A DNA stretch of 64,000 nt from Rhynchobatus australiae. Lineage: Eukaryota. This document shows positions 11,292 to 24,711 of the stretch, in pieces. The translations under genes were made by a program, and so were the position numbers. Under the pieces are notes generated by a model. It saw nothing but the letters and a program-made list of their open reading frames with translations, did not search any database and had not been told where the DNA came from. The stretch's first letter is position 1. The number at the start of each line of letters is the position of its first letter. Location of the stretch: NCBI GenBank assembly GCA_034780895.1, contig JAUZTB010000063.1, positions 36,258,803 to 36,322,802 of the forward strand, given 5' to 3'.

Positions 11292-11830
11292 GTTAGGAAG
11301 GATGTGGAGGCTTTGGAGAGGGTGCAGAAGAGGTTCATGAGGATGTTGCCTGGATTGGAGTTTATTAGCTATAAGGAAAGGTTGAACAAACTTGGATTGT
11401 TTTCTCTGGAACATCAGAGGCTGAGGGAAGACCTGATANNNNNNNNNNNNNNNNNNNNNNNNNNNNNNNNNNNNNNNNNNNNNNNNNNNNNNNNNNNNNN
11501 NNNNNNNNNNNNNNNNNNNNNNNNNNNNNNNNNNNNNNNNNNNNNNNNNNNNNNNNNNNNNNNNNNNNNNTTAAGTCTGGTGGTACGTGCCCTCAGGCTC
11601 CTGTATCTTCTACCCGATGGAAGAGGAGAGAAGAGAGAATGTCCCGGTGAGGCTGAGGTGGTAGAAGCAGATATGATAGCAACATTTAAGAGGCATTTAG
11701 ACATTTACGTGAACAGGCAGAGAATAGAGGGATACCAACCATGTACAGACAGATGGGATTAGTTAAATTGGCATCATGGTCGGTATTGATGAAGCTCCTG
11801 TTCTGTGATGTACTGTTTTATGTTCTATAA
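11292..11830 (+). mobile_element. CR1 3' end with gap and an embedded Rex1/Babar piece (11571-11650, minus strand)
   Basis: ALERVQKRFMRMLPGL..LGLFSLE; the minus strand gives SLFSPLPSGRRYRSLRARTTRL. Confidence 0.8.
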
Positions 11831-12006
11831 TGCATGACTGGTGCTGTTGAGGGGAAAAAACAAATACTTGGAAATGATAAGACTTACTGTTTGTAAGAAT
11901 TAGAGAAATGCTTTGCCTGTGGGTTCTAAACTGAGTACTAGACCTTAGGCTTGTTTACCTTTCTTAGATTGGTCCTTCTAATATGCTTTTTTTCTCCCTT
12001 TTACAG

Positions 12007-12185
12007 ATTTTATTTGTGGCAGGTTTGTCCTTTGTAATCGGTTTAGAAAGGACTTTCAGGTTCTTCTTCCAGAAACACAAAATGAAAGCCACTGGCTTCT
12101 TTCTGGGTGGAATTTTTGTAGTACTCCTCGGCTGGCCTGTAATAGGCATGGTACTTGAAATTTATGGATTTTTTCTTTTATTCAG
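12007..12185 (+). CDS. GOLT1B: GOLT1B exon 3, ILFVAGLSFVIGLERTFRFFFQKHKMKATGFFLGG...YGFFLLFR
   Basis: ttttacag| acceptor and AG|gtaagt donor; 179 nt; visible in ORF 11983..12189. Confidence 0.97.
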
Positions 12186-12782
12186 GTAAGTTAATTAGAA
12201 CTCATTATTCACCTGGCTCCCCAGAAAACAAAATGTTCTCATGTTATCGATCACTGAATTTTCTTAATATTTTGAACATTATAGTTTCTGAGGTGCAAAA
12301 AGCAGTAGTACCACTAATTCTGGTGATAAATAGTTAAGAAACCTGAATTTATGATTTTGAAGGGGTATGGATTTAAAGATTTTTAGTTAAATTGTCAGTA
12401 AGCCAAGATGCCAATTTTAACTGAATCATGTTGTTTTGTTTTTTGTTTATTTAACTAAAGTTATTATTGGGTCCCATTTGTTTAAACTCTTAATGTCATA
12501 TTGTTTATCCCTGGGACCTAATTATCCCACACTCATAGTTAAAGTGGTTTTCATGTGAGAAGATCAAGTGGCTTTAATGCAAAGCCAGAAAAGTTTAAAA
12601 ATGGTCCAGGAAATGCTAATGACTGCCAAGTGAATGGTTTTCTATTGTTCATTACCCTGTGGAACAAAAAGACGATCTTGAAACATTGGCTGCAGTTTGA
12701 GTTCATTTCGTAAGGTTTTTACACTGTTTCATTGCTTAAAAGCCCGTTTTGTTTTTCCTCACATCATATATTTTTTTGCCAG

Positions 12783-12864
12783 GGGGTTCTTCCCGGTGGT
12801 GGTCGGCTTTATTAGGCGAGTGCCTATATTAGGCTCCATTCTGAATTTACCTGGAATAAGCTCA
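12783..12864 (+). CDS. GOLT1B: GOLT1B exon 4, GFFPVVVGFIRRVPILGSILNLPGISS
   Basis: ttttgccag| acceptor and |gtaagt donor; 82 nt; phase consistent. Confidence 0.97.
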
Positions 12865-13934
12865 GTAAGTATATTATCTATTACATGTTAGAATATAAAC
12901 ATCATGCCATTTTCCACCATTCAAAGAAGGTTGAATAAATTCTGAATCATTCACGTGCTTTTAATGGATATAGTTCCTTAAACTATAGTTAGTATCTGGG
13001 GATGAATTAAGTGAAACTGGCTGTAGAACAAAGAACTCAAGCACATCATCAAGAGGTTTGATTGAAGTGCAGTCATAACCTTGCTCTTAGCTATGCATTG
13101 CACATTATAATTTGCATGTGGTGGAGTTAATAAAGGGTTTTTGAACTTTAAATTTCACACATTCACATGAAAGTGGCAGGCAGGAGAATTTCAGCTGGTC
13201 TTTTGAGCTCATTCCATGTGGCTGTGGTGGAATTGAGCATTATGATCCTTAACCACTGACTCCTACCAAAAACTTAGAAAAAGGGCAGCGTGAGCTGAAT
13301 TTGTAGGCACATATTCAATATTAAGGATTTTAGGAAAAAAAATAACCCAAACTGCGATTGAAGTTAGACTGAGAATGAAGAACAAGATAACATTCAAACT
13401 AGTAAATGTTGGCACTAAATTAAGTCATTTGTAACACAGTGATCAGTGTGTGAAATATACTCAAAACAGAGTACAGATGCAAGAACTCTTGCAGTTATTT
13501 AAGAAACAATTTTTTTCATCAATTGAGACTATCTCTGCTTGAAGTGGAGGATGTTAGGACCCTTTTGATCAAGATTCTTTTATCAGATTCTAGGCCTCAG
13601 TTAGCCCATGGAATGTTACTAGTTCATTTAGAAGCATCTGGTACTTGCAGTTTATTTCCATATGTTGATCAGGGTCCAGTTAGCCAGGTAAATTTTTGTG
13701 TACTGTTTTTTTGACCCATGAACCTAATTGTAGGGAAAAGTGTAGTAAGTCATACATTTTGCACTATTTCTAGGACTTAGTAAGAGCTTTGCTGTTAGTT
13801 TTGTGGAATGGCACTGCCTCGATCCTACTCTTTATTCCATAAAAAGGTTAAGAACTCCCGCATTTGTTTCCATTAATGGAGGAATATGCAGTGGTGAAAT
13901 GCTGAACCCTTTTCTCCATCAAACACGGTTTATA

Positions 13935-14790
13935 GATGACGCAAGGAGTGGAGGTGTAGAGGGTACAGGGTGGTATCGGTGTGTTGGTGAAATGGGCTGA
14001 GAAGTGGCAGATGGAGTTTAATCCAAATGAACAAGAGGTGATACATTTTGGGAGCACTTGTGAGACTAGGATGTACACAATGAATAGTAGGGTCCTAGGG
14101 AGTGTTGAGGAATAGAGGGACCTTCACTTACAAATGCAAAGATTCTTGCAGGTGGGAGTGCAGGTAATAAGGGATATGGGAAACTGGTCTTCATTAGTTG
14201 GGTCATTGAATACAAGAATAGGGAGGTTATGCTCCAACTTCATAAAACGTTGGTCAGACTTCAGATGGAGAACTGCGTGCAGTACTGGTCACCACAGTAT
14301 AGGAAGGATGTGATAGCACTGGAGCGGGTACAGGGAGGTTCACCAGGATGTTGCCTGGGATGGAGCACTTCCTTTATGAGGAGAGACAGGAGAGGTTGGG
14401 TCTGTTTTCCCTGGAACAGAGGAGGTCGGGGGGGACATGATTGAAGTATAATAAAATTATGAGAGATATAGATAGAGAGGACTGCAGGAAACTTTTTCCC
14501 CATATCGGAGATAGATAAGAAGGCATAGATTTAGGGTAAGGGGTTAGGGATTTAGAGGGGCTCTGAGGGGGACCTTTCTCACCCAGAGAGTGGTGAGTAC
14601 CTGGAATACACTGCCTGGTGGAATTAGATTTGCTGACAGCATTTACTGTGTCTGTATAAGCATTTGAATTGCCAAGGCGTAAAAGGGAATGGGCCAAGTG
14701 CTGGAAGATGAGATTAATACTGATGAGTGCTTGTTGGTTGACATGGATGTGGTGTGTTGAAAGGCCTGTTTCCATGCTGTATGACTCTAT
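13935..14790 (+). mobile_element. CR1 LINE 3' fragment
   Basis: WAEKWQMEFNP, MLQLHKTLVRLQMENCVQYWSPQYRKD, and the tail TGACTCTA. Confidence 0.88.
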
Positions 14791-17099
14791 TAATAGAAAG
14801 GTTATTTCATCCTGTAAATGCAATGTGAACATTTTCAGTAAGCTCTACAAGAAAATTGTATTCAAGGCACAGATTTGTAACCCGTAGCTTGGTTTGTGTG
14901 TGAATTTGATGGTTTAGAAACCAGCAGAATGTAAGAAATATTATCTAAGTGGTGCAATACAAACAAATTTAATTGGATGATAAGTTTGTGATGCTCAGTT
15001 GAGCAATCTACGTCTGCATGCTGTGGCTATACTTCAGGAATATAGGAATAGTCAGTGGGTGTCGTTGATGGGCTTTGGCAATGATGAGGCACAAATGTTT
15101 TTCTTTCACTACCTGGTCACTGCTGGACCAGGTCAAAAACTAGTAGGAGATCTTTGTGCATGTGCATCAACTATTCTTCTGCACATTTAGTTGCAATGGG
15201 GGTGTACCTGTGATCTAAAACAAGGAATCTAAATATCCAATGAATGAAAGCACTTTCCCCAACAGTGACAGCTTATTTTAAATAGTGTGAAAGGCAAATG
15301 GAATACTCCTGTTTTAATCCATACGGACAAGATTTATTAGAGTTGATTATATTGATAACTCACCTTTCCACTGTATACACCCTGTTTAATGCGCTGGGTT
15401 TATTAGTGACCTCTGATTTTTGTCAATTCTTGCACAAAACCATGAAAGAAAAGATTTCTGTGATTAAACAAGATTTTCCTTGCATTCCACTTGTAGCTGT
15501 GTCCTTACTTAAATAAAGTGTTTGTTAATAGGAACAGTCTTGCTCTGCTCACCCTGTCAAGCACTTCCCTCTTGAATTACATCCTTTGTGAAAGNNNNNN
15601 NNNNCCTTTGCTACTATGTGGCAGACAAAAAGGGTTGTACGTTCAAATTTATCTGAAACAGGTGTATCTGAAACAGAGCTGTTGGCTCTGCCTGTGCCAG
15701 GGGAATGTTGCTTTAGAATGACCTCTAGTAAATAGTGCACATCTGATGAGCATTGACTCTGACATGCTCCCTGTGATCATGCAATAAGGTGTCCGTATTA
15801 GACAAAGGACAATTACTGAGAACAGGCACACACATAAAACTGTGTTAAATAGGTAATCATGTCTGAGATGTATCTTTTTAAAACCCTTTGGGTATCTTTT
15901 CAAATCAGTTCCAAAAACATTGTTAATTTTAAAGGTGACTTCAGAGGCATTGATGATTTGCAGTACAATTAGGTAATGTTGGTTAAAATGAAAGAATTGG
16001 TGGCTGAATAATATAATGATGAATGTGTTCCTGATATCTTATTGGGAAGCGAAAAGGCAGCTAACAAGAATCCAGTAAATTATTTAATGAATTCTTTATT
16101 TTTGAGCTCCTTGGAAAGACAACCAGGTTCTTGGCTATTGTTTCCAGTTTTATATGGCCCTCAAGTTGTTAGGTTGGTAGGAGATAAGTATGTCATTGAA
16201 GAACCATAGAAACAACATTTTTCCAAAGGTAGTAATAATCTGAACTTCTGAGAGGTTGATTTATTTTAATTCATTCATGGTATGTAGGTGTTCCTGGCTT
16301 TATAGCCCTTGAAGATGGTTTTAGTCTTAAAAGACTGGTCTATGTTCAAGGTACACACTTATACTATATATGGATTTACTAGTATTTGGTTTAGTGAAAG
16401 AATAATGACACATATCCACATTAGGATTCCGTATAAATAGCAGATACATTGTAGGTTGTGACATTTCAATGCACCTGTTGCTTCCACACGTGGCTGGGGC
16501 TGTAGATTTTGGAGGTGCGGTCAAAGAAACCTTGTCAAGTTGCTGCAGTACGTTTTTTAAGATGATAGAAACTGCAGCTGACATCTGTTGGTGTTGGAAA
16601 GAGTAAATGTTCAGGGTGGTGGATAGGGTGCTGCATGGTGGCAATTTTCCTAAGGGTTGTTGGAACTAAACTCCTCCAGATAAGTAGATAATGATCCATC
16701 ACACTTCAGATGTGTTCATTGTAGATGAGGGAAAGGCTTTAGAAAGTCAGGTGAGTCATCTACCGCAAATATCCAGGCTTGAGCCTGCTTTTGGATCTAA
16801 TCTTTTTAAGTGGCTGGTCCAGTTAAGTTTCTAATCAGTTGTGACCTCCATTGTTTCCTCTCTCCCTTCACCACCCAGTACAGTGAAGTCTGGAGCTGGG
16901 GAGCCCCAGCAGAACCCAAACTAAGTATCAAAGAAAAAATTATAGATAAATGCCACCAGCTAGTACTGTTAGTGACCCCCACCAGCATTCTTGGTGCTAT
17001 TTGAGAGTATACTAATGGGGGGTGTAATTAATCAGATTGGATTGTGCTGAGTGCTGGAGACAGAATGTAATTGAGCAATTCTCCATGATAGCACATAGA

Positions 17100-18200
17100 T
17101 GCTAATATTACAACTGTGTAAAAACAGAATGCAAGGGATATTCAGCAAGCCAAGTAGCATTTGTGGAGAAAGAAAGTTATAATTTCAAATTAATGACGCT
17201 TCATTAAAGCTAGGAAAGGTTAGAAACCAAACCTGTTTCAAGCTGCAGACAGCAAAGGGAATGTCTCTGATAGGATGAAGACCAAGTGAATCTGAATGAC
17301 AAAAGCAGTGGTGGTGCTGGTTAAGAGAGGTTGATGAAGGCATGTTAATGTAGCTGATCTGTCTGGAGAAGATGTAATTGGAAGATGAATGAGAACAGAA
17401 GATATGGGGAGGAGGAAATTAAGCATGCTGGAAATGTGATATATTACAAATCACTGGAAACATTCAAAATGCCAGGTAGCATCTTTGGAGGAGAAAAAAA
17501 GTTAACATGACAAGTTGATAACCTTTAAGAATTGTCCAGTGCTGATACAAACCAGGAAAGTGGAGTATCTGAAATTGTTGAGTTCAGTATTGAGTCTTGA
17601 AGGCTGTATTGTGCCTAGTCAAAAAGTAGGATGGTGTTCCTTCTTGCTTTGACCTTTGTTTGAAAAGTGTAGGATGACAGATGTCAGAAGGGAATGGGAT
17701 AAAATATCAAAGTGACAAGCAGTTAGGAGATCACTGTCACCCTTGTGGACCAGGTGATTTTTTTTTCCCTCTGGAAAGCAGTGACTCAATCTGTCTGTTT
17801 TTTTTCAATGTAATGGGGAGCACCAGATGTAGTATATCAAATTGGAAGAGGTACAAGTATATTTGATTCTTCACCTGGAAGGGATTTTTGGGTCCCTGGA
17901 TAGTTGCCAGGGAAGAGAGAAAAGGTCAGGTATGACATCCCCTGTAGCTGCGTGAGTAAGTGCTGAGAGAATCGGGTGGGCATTGGTGTGGATGGATGGG
18001 TGAACCAGGGAGGTGCTGAGGGGATGGTTCCTTTGTAATGCCGAAAGAGGAAGGTGTCTCCAGTCGTGGAATCCTCCTGATGGTGATAGAAATTATGGAG
18101 ATATTTCCATTGAAATGTGGAGGCTACTAAGGTGGGAGATGAATGGAGGGCGGAGAGGGGTAAGAGCAGAAATAAGGGAAATGGCATAGATATGGTTAAG
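17100..18200 (-). mobile_element. Penelope-like element 3' part (inverted copy)
   Basis: Minus strand gives EHHPTF*LGTIQPSRLNTELN and QGPKNPFQV..CTSSN remnants; mirrors 18300-19530. Confidence 0.7.
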
Positions 18201-18299
18201 GCTATCAGGTGTCTTGGATGTAAGTGGAAAGAGACTAGACAGTGAGGTAAAGAATATAGTCAAGTTAAGAAGAAATATGCTTCTCCCCACATGACACAT

Positions 18300-19530
18300 G
18301 GACTTGAATAGCGTCCTTGACTACATCTCCTTCCGTCCTGTTCCTATAAGGACTTCATCCTATTCTTCCATTTTCTCCCATTCCAACGCATGCTCTGATG
18401 ACAACAGTACTTCCGAGTTGTTCTTCTTGACAACTCGTCCATCGTGGTCGATGGGGCTCTCAACCACTTTTGTTCCATTTGCCATACATTGATTTCATCC
18501 ATTCTTCTCCCTTCCAGAGAAAGGAAAAGCTTCCCTTGTCATCGCCTGGCAATCCACCTGCATCCACTTTCAATAAATCATCTTCCATAATTTCCTCCAT
18601 ATTCAGCCACCCACCAGGAGAAACATCTTCCCCCTCCCCTTTGACCAGTCTCTTCGCAGTTCCCTGGTTCACTTTTCTCAGCTGCACTGCCATTGTCACA
18701 TCCACTTTTCCATGCAAATCAGAAGCAAAACCATCCTTTTACCTATTCTATTCCTATCATCCAGTGACCCAAACACTCCTTGCAGCTCACTTGCACTTCT
18801 AAGTGCAAGGAGTGTGGTCTCCTCTATGTTGGAGAGATGAAACCCAGAGTAGGTGACTGCTTTGCAGAAGACTGTTCAGTCCTTGTAAGTGATTCTGAGC
18901 TTTCCAGTTGCCTGTCGCTCTAATTCTCCATCCCACTCCCATTCTGACATCTGTCTTTGGCCTCTTGCACTGTTATATCAAAGCCCAAATTAAGCTCCAG
19001 GCACGGCATCTCATCCTCCAGTTGGGGATGTTATAGTCCTGAGGACTTGTTATTGAATTCAGCCTTTCCAGTTGGTATCCAAAACGCTAGTTCTGATGAA
19101 AGTCATCAACCTGTCACGTTGCATCCATTTTTCTTTCTCCATGGATTTTGTTGAACCTGATGAATATTTTCAGCATTTANNNNNNNNNNNNNNNNNNNNN
19201 NNNNNNNNNNNNNNNNNNNNNNNNNNNNNNNNNNNNNNNNNNNNNNNNNNNNNNNNNNNNNNNNNNNNNNNNNNNNNNNNNNNNNNNNNNNNNNNNNNNN
19301 NNNNNNNNNNNNNNNNNNNNNNNNNNNNNNNNNNNNNNNNNNNTGAACACACCCCCCGCCCCCCCCCCCCCCCAATTCTCTCAACCTTTTCCCTTGGAAT
19401 GTAAAATCTGTTTGATTTCTAAATTTTTTGAGTTATGATGAAAGGTCATTGACCTGAATTGTTAACCTGTTTCTCTCTGCACAGATGTCACCTGACCTGC
19501 TGAAATTTTCCCACACTCTGTTTTTCTTTT
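18300..19530 (+). mobile_element. Penelope-like element, GIY-YIG endonuclease region and terminal repeat
   Basis: CKECGLLYVGEMKPRVGDCFAE (about 18803-18870) is GIY-YIG-like; hammerhead-like cores at 19089 and 19431. Confidence 0.8.
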
Positions 19531-22500
19531 GAAGTTGGGTGTGGGGAAGCTCTCATTGTTGAGGAAGGCGAAATTCGTAGAGCCTTTTTCCTGCCTTTAT
19601 CTGTTTGGTTGTCCATTTCACTCATAGTTGAATCTGGAATAGCTAAACATTTGATGTGATTTATTGGTTATACAATCTTTTGAATGCATTGAATTCACAT
19701 ATTGTTTAAAAAGTACTTGGTTCTTTGCACAAAACCACAGTTGTGCTACTAATGGAAATGTCCCAGCTGTCACATACTTATCAGGGAGAACAACTCTGTT
19801 ACTAGAGTTGTTGGCAAAGCCCGTTGAATTTTTGGTATTTTGTTGGTGACAGGTGGATTTGGTATTTCTGCAGTGGGAGCTTAGAGCACTTTTGGTTTAA
19901 ATACCTAAGTATTTTACTGCCATATGCTGTAGTTTTGAAAAATTGCAAAGTATTTGAAATAACCTTGGATATCAGTTACATGTGATGCATCAGGTCAACT
20001 TTATTTTAATTTACAATTGATCAATAAAGGAAATATAGCATTTAAAGCACTGATACTCTAGATGCTGGATACTGATATTCCAGTTTATTATTTTGGAATC
20101 CGGTAGAAGGTTTATGCCCACAAATACTTGAGGAATTTGTCATGTATTTAATAGGAGATATCAGATGGGTGAATCTTAAAGAATCTTCCTTTTCTACATT
20201 TTAGCTGTTTAGAATCATATCAGCAAAGATTTAGAAGCATAAGTGTCTATCTTGTCTTTTTGACTGATGAATGGTGAATATCAAGGGAACAACTGAGTGG
20301 ATCAGGAATGAAGTTTACAGTTACCAAAATGTCTGGAACTTTTCTAGTGCATTGATAATTCCCAGTTATGTGTTTGATTTAATTCATTCTGATTATTAAG
20401 TTGAGGGTATTCGTTCTCAAATGCACAGATGTGAGTAATTGTGCTCAGATAATGGTCATCTTTTCAGGCTTATTAATAATAATACACTTTTAACTGAAAT
20501 GCAACTTCATTTTATTCTCTTTTAAAGTGTAGCGAGCCCTCTCTGACCAAGAGGAGTACTCGTAGACCCTAATTCAAACATAGGTCTTGTTTATTTCTAC
20601 AACTTTATTGAACATGTCTGACATGAAAAAGCAGAGAAGTTGGCAGATTCACTAAAAGAATATAGAGACAATCTGGACAAAGCCTGCAGAATGAGAAATT
20701 GAAAAGAGCAAATTTTCTTTAAAAAATCTCCAAATCGCCAATAGAGATAGGACAGGGGAAGAAGTTTCAATGAGAACTTCAGATGAACTTTGGTTGAAGA
20801 ATGAGAAAGACTTGCGAAAGATGGGTAATGTTGATTTGTTTCCTTTGTACATTATATACAGCAGTAAAAGTCGTGATCTAATAAACAGAAGTCTGGTCTT
20901 GTAGGCACCACTTTCAAAACCTGTTTTTACTCTGCAACACTTGATCAGGTTAGCATAATATCCTGGTCTCATTGGCTGCCCCAACTCCCACCACTCCACC
21001 CCAAATCTAGTGTCCAGTTTCCATTGCTTATCAGTAGTTTCAATATATAAAAGGCTAGATGGAGGAGAAAATGGAACTAACACATTGATGTGATTTATCT
21101 GAAGGTTGGTTCTGGTCTGTGCTATCTTATTGCCAACACTAAAAATGTAAACAACTGCCCGTGACATTAGAAAGGTAATCTTTCCTAATTGAAGAAATAC
21201 AATTCAACAAGTTAACTTCTTAAAGCACATTTATCCTAAACCCAGCATAGGTAGTCCTTTGTGAAACAATTGAGTAAATACTGTTGTAATTCTTGCCAAA
21301 GGTAGAACTTTCCCTTCGATTTTCTATCTCATTTTCAGACGTGTAACTAAAACGGTACTCTAGATGTTGTCATCTAAGATTCGGTTATAGTTTTTGGGGG
21401 TAAGAACTGCAACTTCTGGAAATTTGGTACTGAAACAGCATTGTAGAAATGACCAAAATCGATCCGTTTCAATGCAAAGTAAGTGTAGGTCAGTGTTTGG
21501 AGTGCATCGTTCATCACTTCTGAAGAATACTTGCCCAAGCCATCCAAACTTGTCTTTTTATCATTGGAGGCTTTCTCTGAAGTTTCTGCTGACTGTAGTG
21601 GACTTGCTTTGGAAGAACGGGCATTGAAAGGCAAATCTGTGGAAAGCTTTTACATTGACCACTTTAGAATAGAAGTTTTCCTTGCACGAGTTTGGCTGAT
21701 AACCCAATGGATGCTGAAAATCCTTAGGGAGAAAAACAAAATGCCAGAAGCACCCATCAGATCAAGCAGCATCAGTAAAGACAAATAGACAAGATTTCAG
21801 GTTAAGGGACCTTCAGAAAACTAGAAAAGTGAGAAAATAGGCATATTTTAAGTTGAAAAGAGAGAGAGAATGGAGAGAATAGAGGGCATGACTACAATAT
21901 GCTGAAGACTAAAGATGTCAAGAAAATAATTACTTTAAGAATGAGCGCTTTAGAGACNNNNNNNNNNNNNNNNNNNNNNNNNNNNNNNNNNNNNNNNNNN
22001 NNNNNNNNNNNNNNNNNNNNNNNNNNNNNNNNNNNNNNNNNNNNNNNNNNNNNNNNNNNNNNNNNNNNNNNNNNNNNNNNNNNNNNNNNNNNNNNNNNNN
22101 NNNNNNNNNNNNNNNNNNNNNNNNNNNNNNNNNNNNNNNNNNNNNNNNNNNNNNNNNNNNNNNNNNNNNNNNNNNNNNNNNNNNNNNNNNNNNNNNNNNN
22201 NNNNNNNNNNNNNNNNNNNNNNNNNNNNNNNNNNNNNNNNNNNNNNNNNNNNNNNNNNNNNNNNNNNNNNNNNNNNNNNNNNNNNNNNNNNNNNNNNNNN
22301 NNNNNNNNNNNNNNNNNNNNNNNNNNNNNNNNNNNNNNNNNNNNNNNNNNNNNNNNNNNNNNNNNNNNNNNNNNNNNNNNNNNNNNNNNNNNNNNNNNNN
22401 NNNNNNNNNNNNNNNNNNNNNNNNNNNNNNNNNNNNNNNNNNNNNNATATCTCTGTTCTAATTTGTCTCTCTATTTATCTTCTGTTCCTAGCAGCTCATT

Positions 22501-24174
22501 TTAAAATTATTTGTCATCTTGACAGCTTTGGTCTGCATCCTGTCGCAGAAAGTCCCACTGTTTCTCCACCTCCCCTTTTCTGCAACTTAAAATTCATTTG
22601 CTTTCTCACCTTTGCAGTTCTGAGGGTGGGTTCTAGACCCAAAACATCAACTCTCTCTCCCCATGCTGCTTCACCCACTGAGTGCTTTCCAGCAGCCTGT
22701 TTTTACAGATGATAACATATCTGCCTTTGAATACGAAATCATCAATTTAAAAAAAGCATCAATGACAGTCCAGTGTAGTAGTAAATTTGGAACTATTGCC
22801 CATCAGAGGATAGTTGAGTCAAGGTCACAACTTGTTGGTTGTGAGACACAAAGGATCCATGGCACTGTTTGAAAGTAAGATGAATTTTGCTGCTATTTGA
22901 CCAATATCCTGCATCAACAAATGCCATAAAAAGATTGGTGATTTGTTTACTTGGCTGTTTCTGGTGTCTGGTGTGAGCAATTGACTGCTACATTTTGTCT
23001 CTACAAAACAAGCTGCAATTCAAACATAATCTATTGGTTGTAAAATAGTTTATAATGTGCTAAATGCATATACAGTGTATAGTTGTAATAACTTGTACTG
23101 TAATGTTCTCATTTCCCTCTATGATGGTCATCATTCTGGCTACCAAGATTCAGCACACCTTAGGAATGACACCAAATTGTTTCTAAATTGAGGGCCAAAA
23201 TTGTTTTTACAGATCTCCCAAGTGGAAATTCAGTAAACAACACTGTATTATGTTGGTCATTTAGTTAAGTAGGTTTGAAATGTTAGTGACACAAGTACAG
23301 GAAATGGTACCTCAAAGTCACCTTTTAACTTGGCCTTTCGAATTGACATAATCTCAAATATGGCTGAGAGCTGATCTCCAACACATTGAATCTGTTCTCT
23401 GGTAACTATGCAGTCAGATATCTGACTCTGGTTAAACTCAGATGTAAAATTGTTATATTCTATTATTTGGGATTAACCCTTGGTAAATTTACAAACTATA
23501 CCTCTTGGCAGAAAATCCTCCTAAGGTTCCGGGACCACATTTAAAGTCTTAAACACCCATGTGGCATCTCCTGTATAATTAGATCATCAGTTGGTGTGTG
23601 TTTGTTTGAATGAACCTGCGGAAAAAAAAAATTCACATAATCAAGCCACCTAGCACTTTGAACAATGAATTTGCTGGTATTATGCTGCTTGTTAATGATT
23701 ATTCCGTTAAATATCTTTAAAGCTGGCGATGTAAAGGAGGCTGAGCATGAAGTACGTACCTTGTTACATTTTCATAATGGGCTTTTTTTTACTTAATCTG
23801 GAGGGAAGACCTGCTTAAAGCAGTCTAGCTTGGTACTTTTTTTTATCACAGCATGTTGCAACCTTAACTTAAAACTTCATTCCAAGCAAATAAGAGATGC
23901 ATGGTACAATGATCCTGAGTTTGTGTCAGAAATTGAAACTTGCATTGACGAAGGAGATTATCACCGAACATCATTGTTGTGTTCACCATAATCTGTCTTT
24001 AATCAATGGGTGACAAGTCACTGGTGGTGCATGTTTCTCTAACTAACTGCTTAAACAATGCAGTAAGGATTACATGCTTCATTGACCTTTCACTTTTTTT
24101 GTAGATTTCAGAATTTTAAAAAAATTTTAATAATATTGTAACAAAAATAAACCAGGCAACTTTTCTCAAGATGC

Positions 24175-24390
24175 AAGAGACTGTAGATGTTGGGCTCTGG
24201 AGCAAAATAACAAGCTGCTGGAAGAACTCAGCGGGTCAGGCAGCAGCTGTGGAGGCAAAGGAATAGTCGACATTTCAGGTTAAGACCCTGCATTGGTCCT
24301 GATGCAGGGTCTCGACCCAAAGCATCAACTATCCCTTTGCCTCCACAGATGCTGTCTCACTCGCTGAGTTCCTCCAGCAGCTGTTTTATT
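24175..24390. mobile_element. Fold-back (palindromic) non-autonomous element made of two inverted Penelope-like ends
   Basis: GCTGCTGGAAGAACTCAGCG...GACCCTGCAT / ATGCAGGGTC...CGCTGAGTTCCTCCAGCAGC form about 80-bp imperfect inverted arms. Confidence 0.8.
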
Positions 24391-24711
24391 TTACTTTCCT
24401 CATGATGTGAATTTGCTTTCCTCAAACAGTACACTACACTGATTTGGCTCATTCCTGGTACACTTCCAGCACAGGACTTTGCTACTTTTGAGATCTCTAT
24501 GCTGAAAGTACAGAAGAGATGCCAATTGAACATTATCCATTGGCCAACTATTGTATGGCATTTAATCAGGCATAATTAGCACATAGCTCTTCAGTATTTG
24601 AAGAATATTTATTGCGAGTATTACAACAATGTTTTAACTTTTTTGCTCTCTATTCTCATTTGCTGAAGTATTAACATTTCTTAATCAAGAAGGTAGTGTT
24701 ATAATTTGTTT

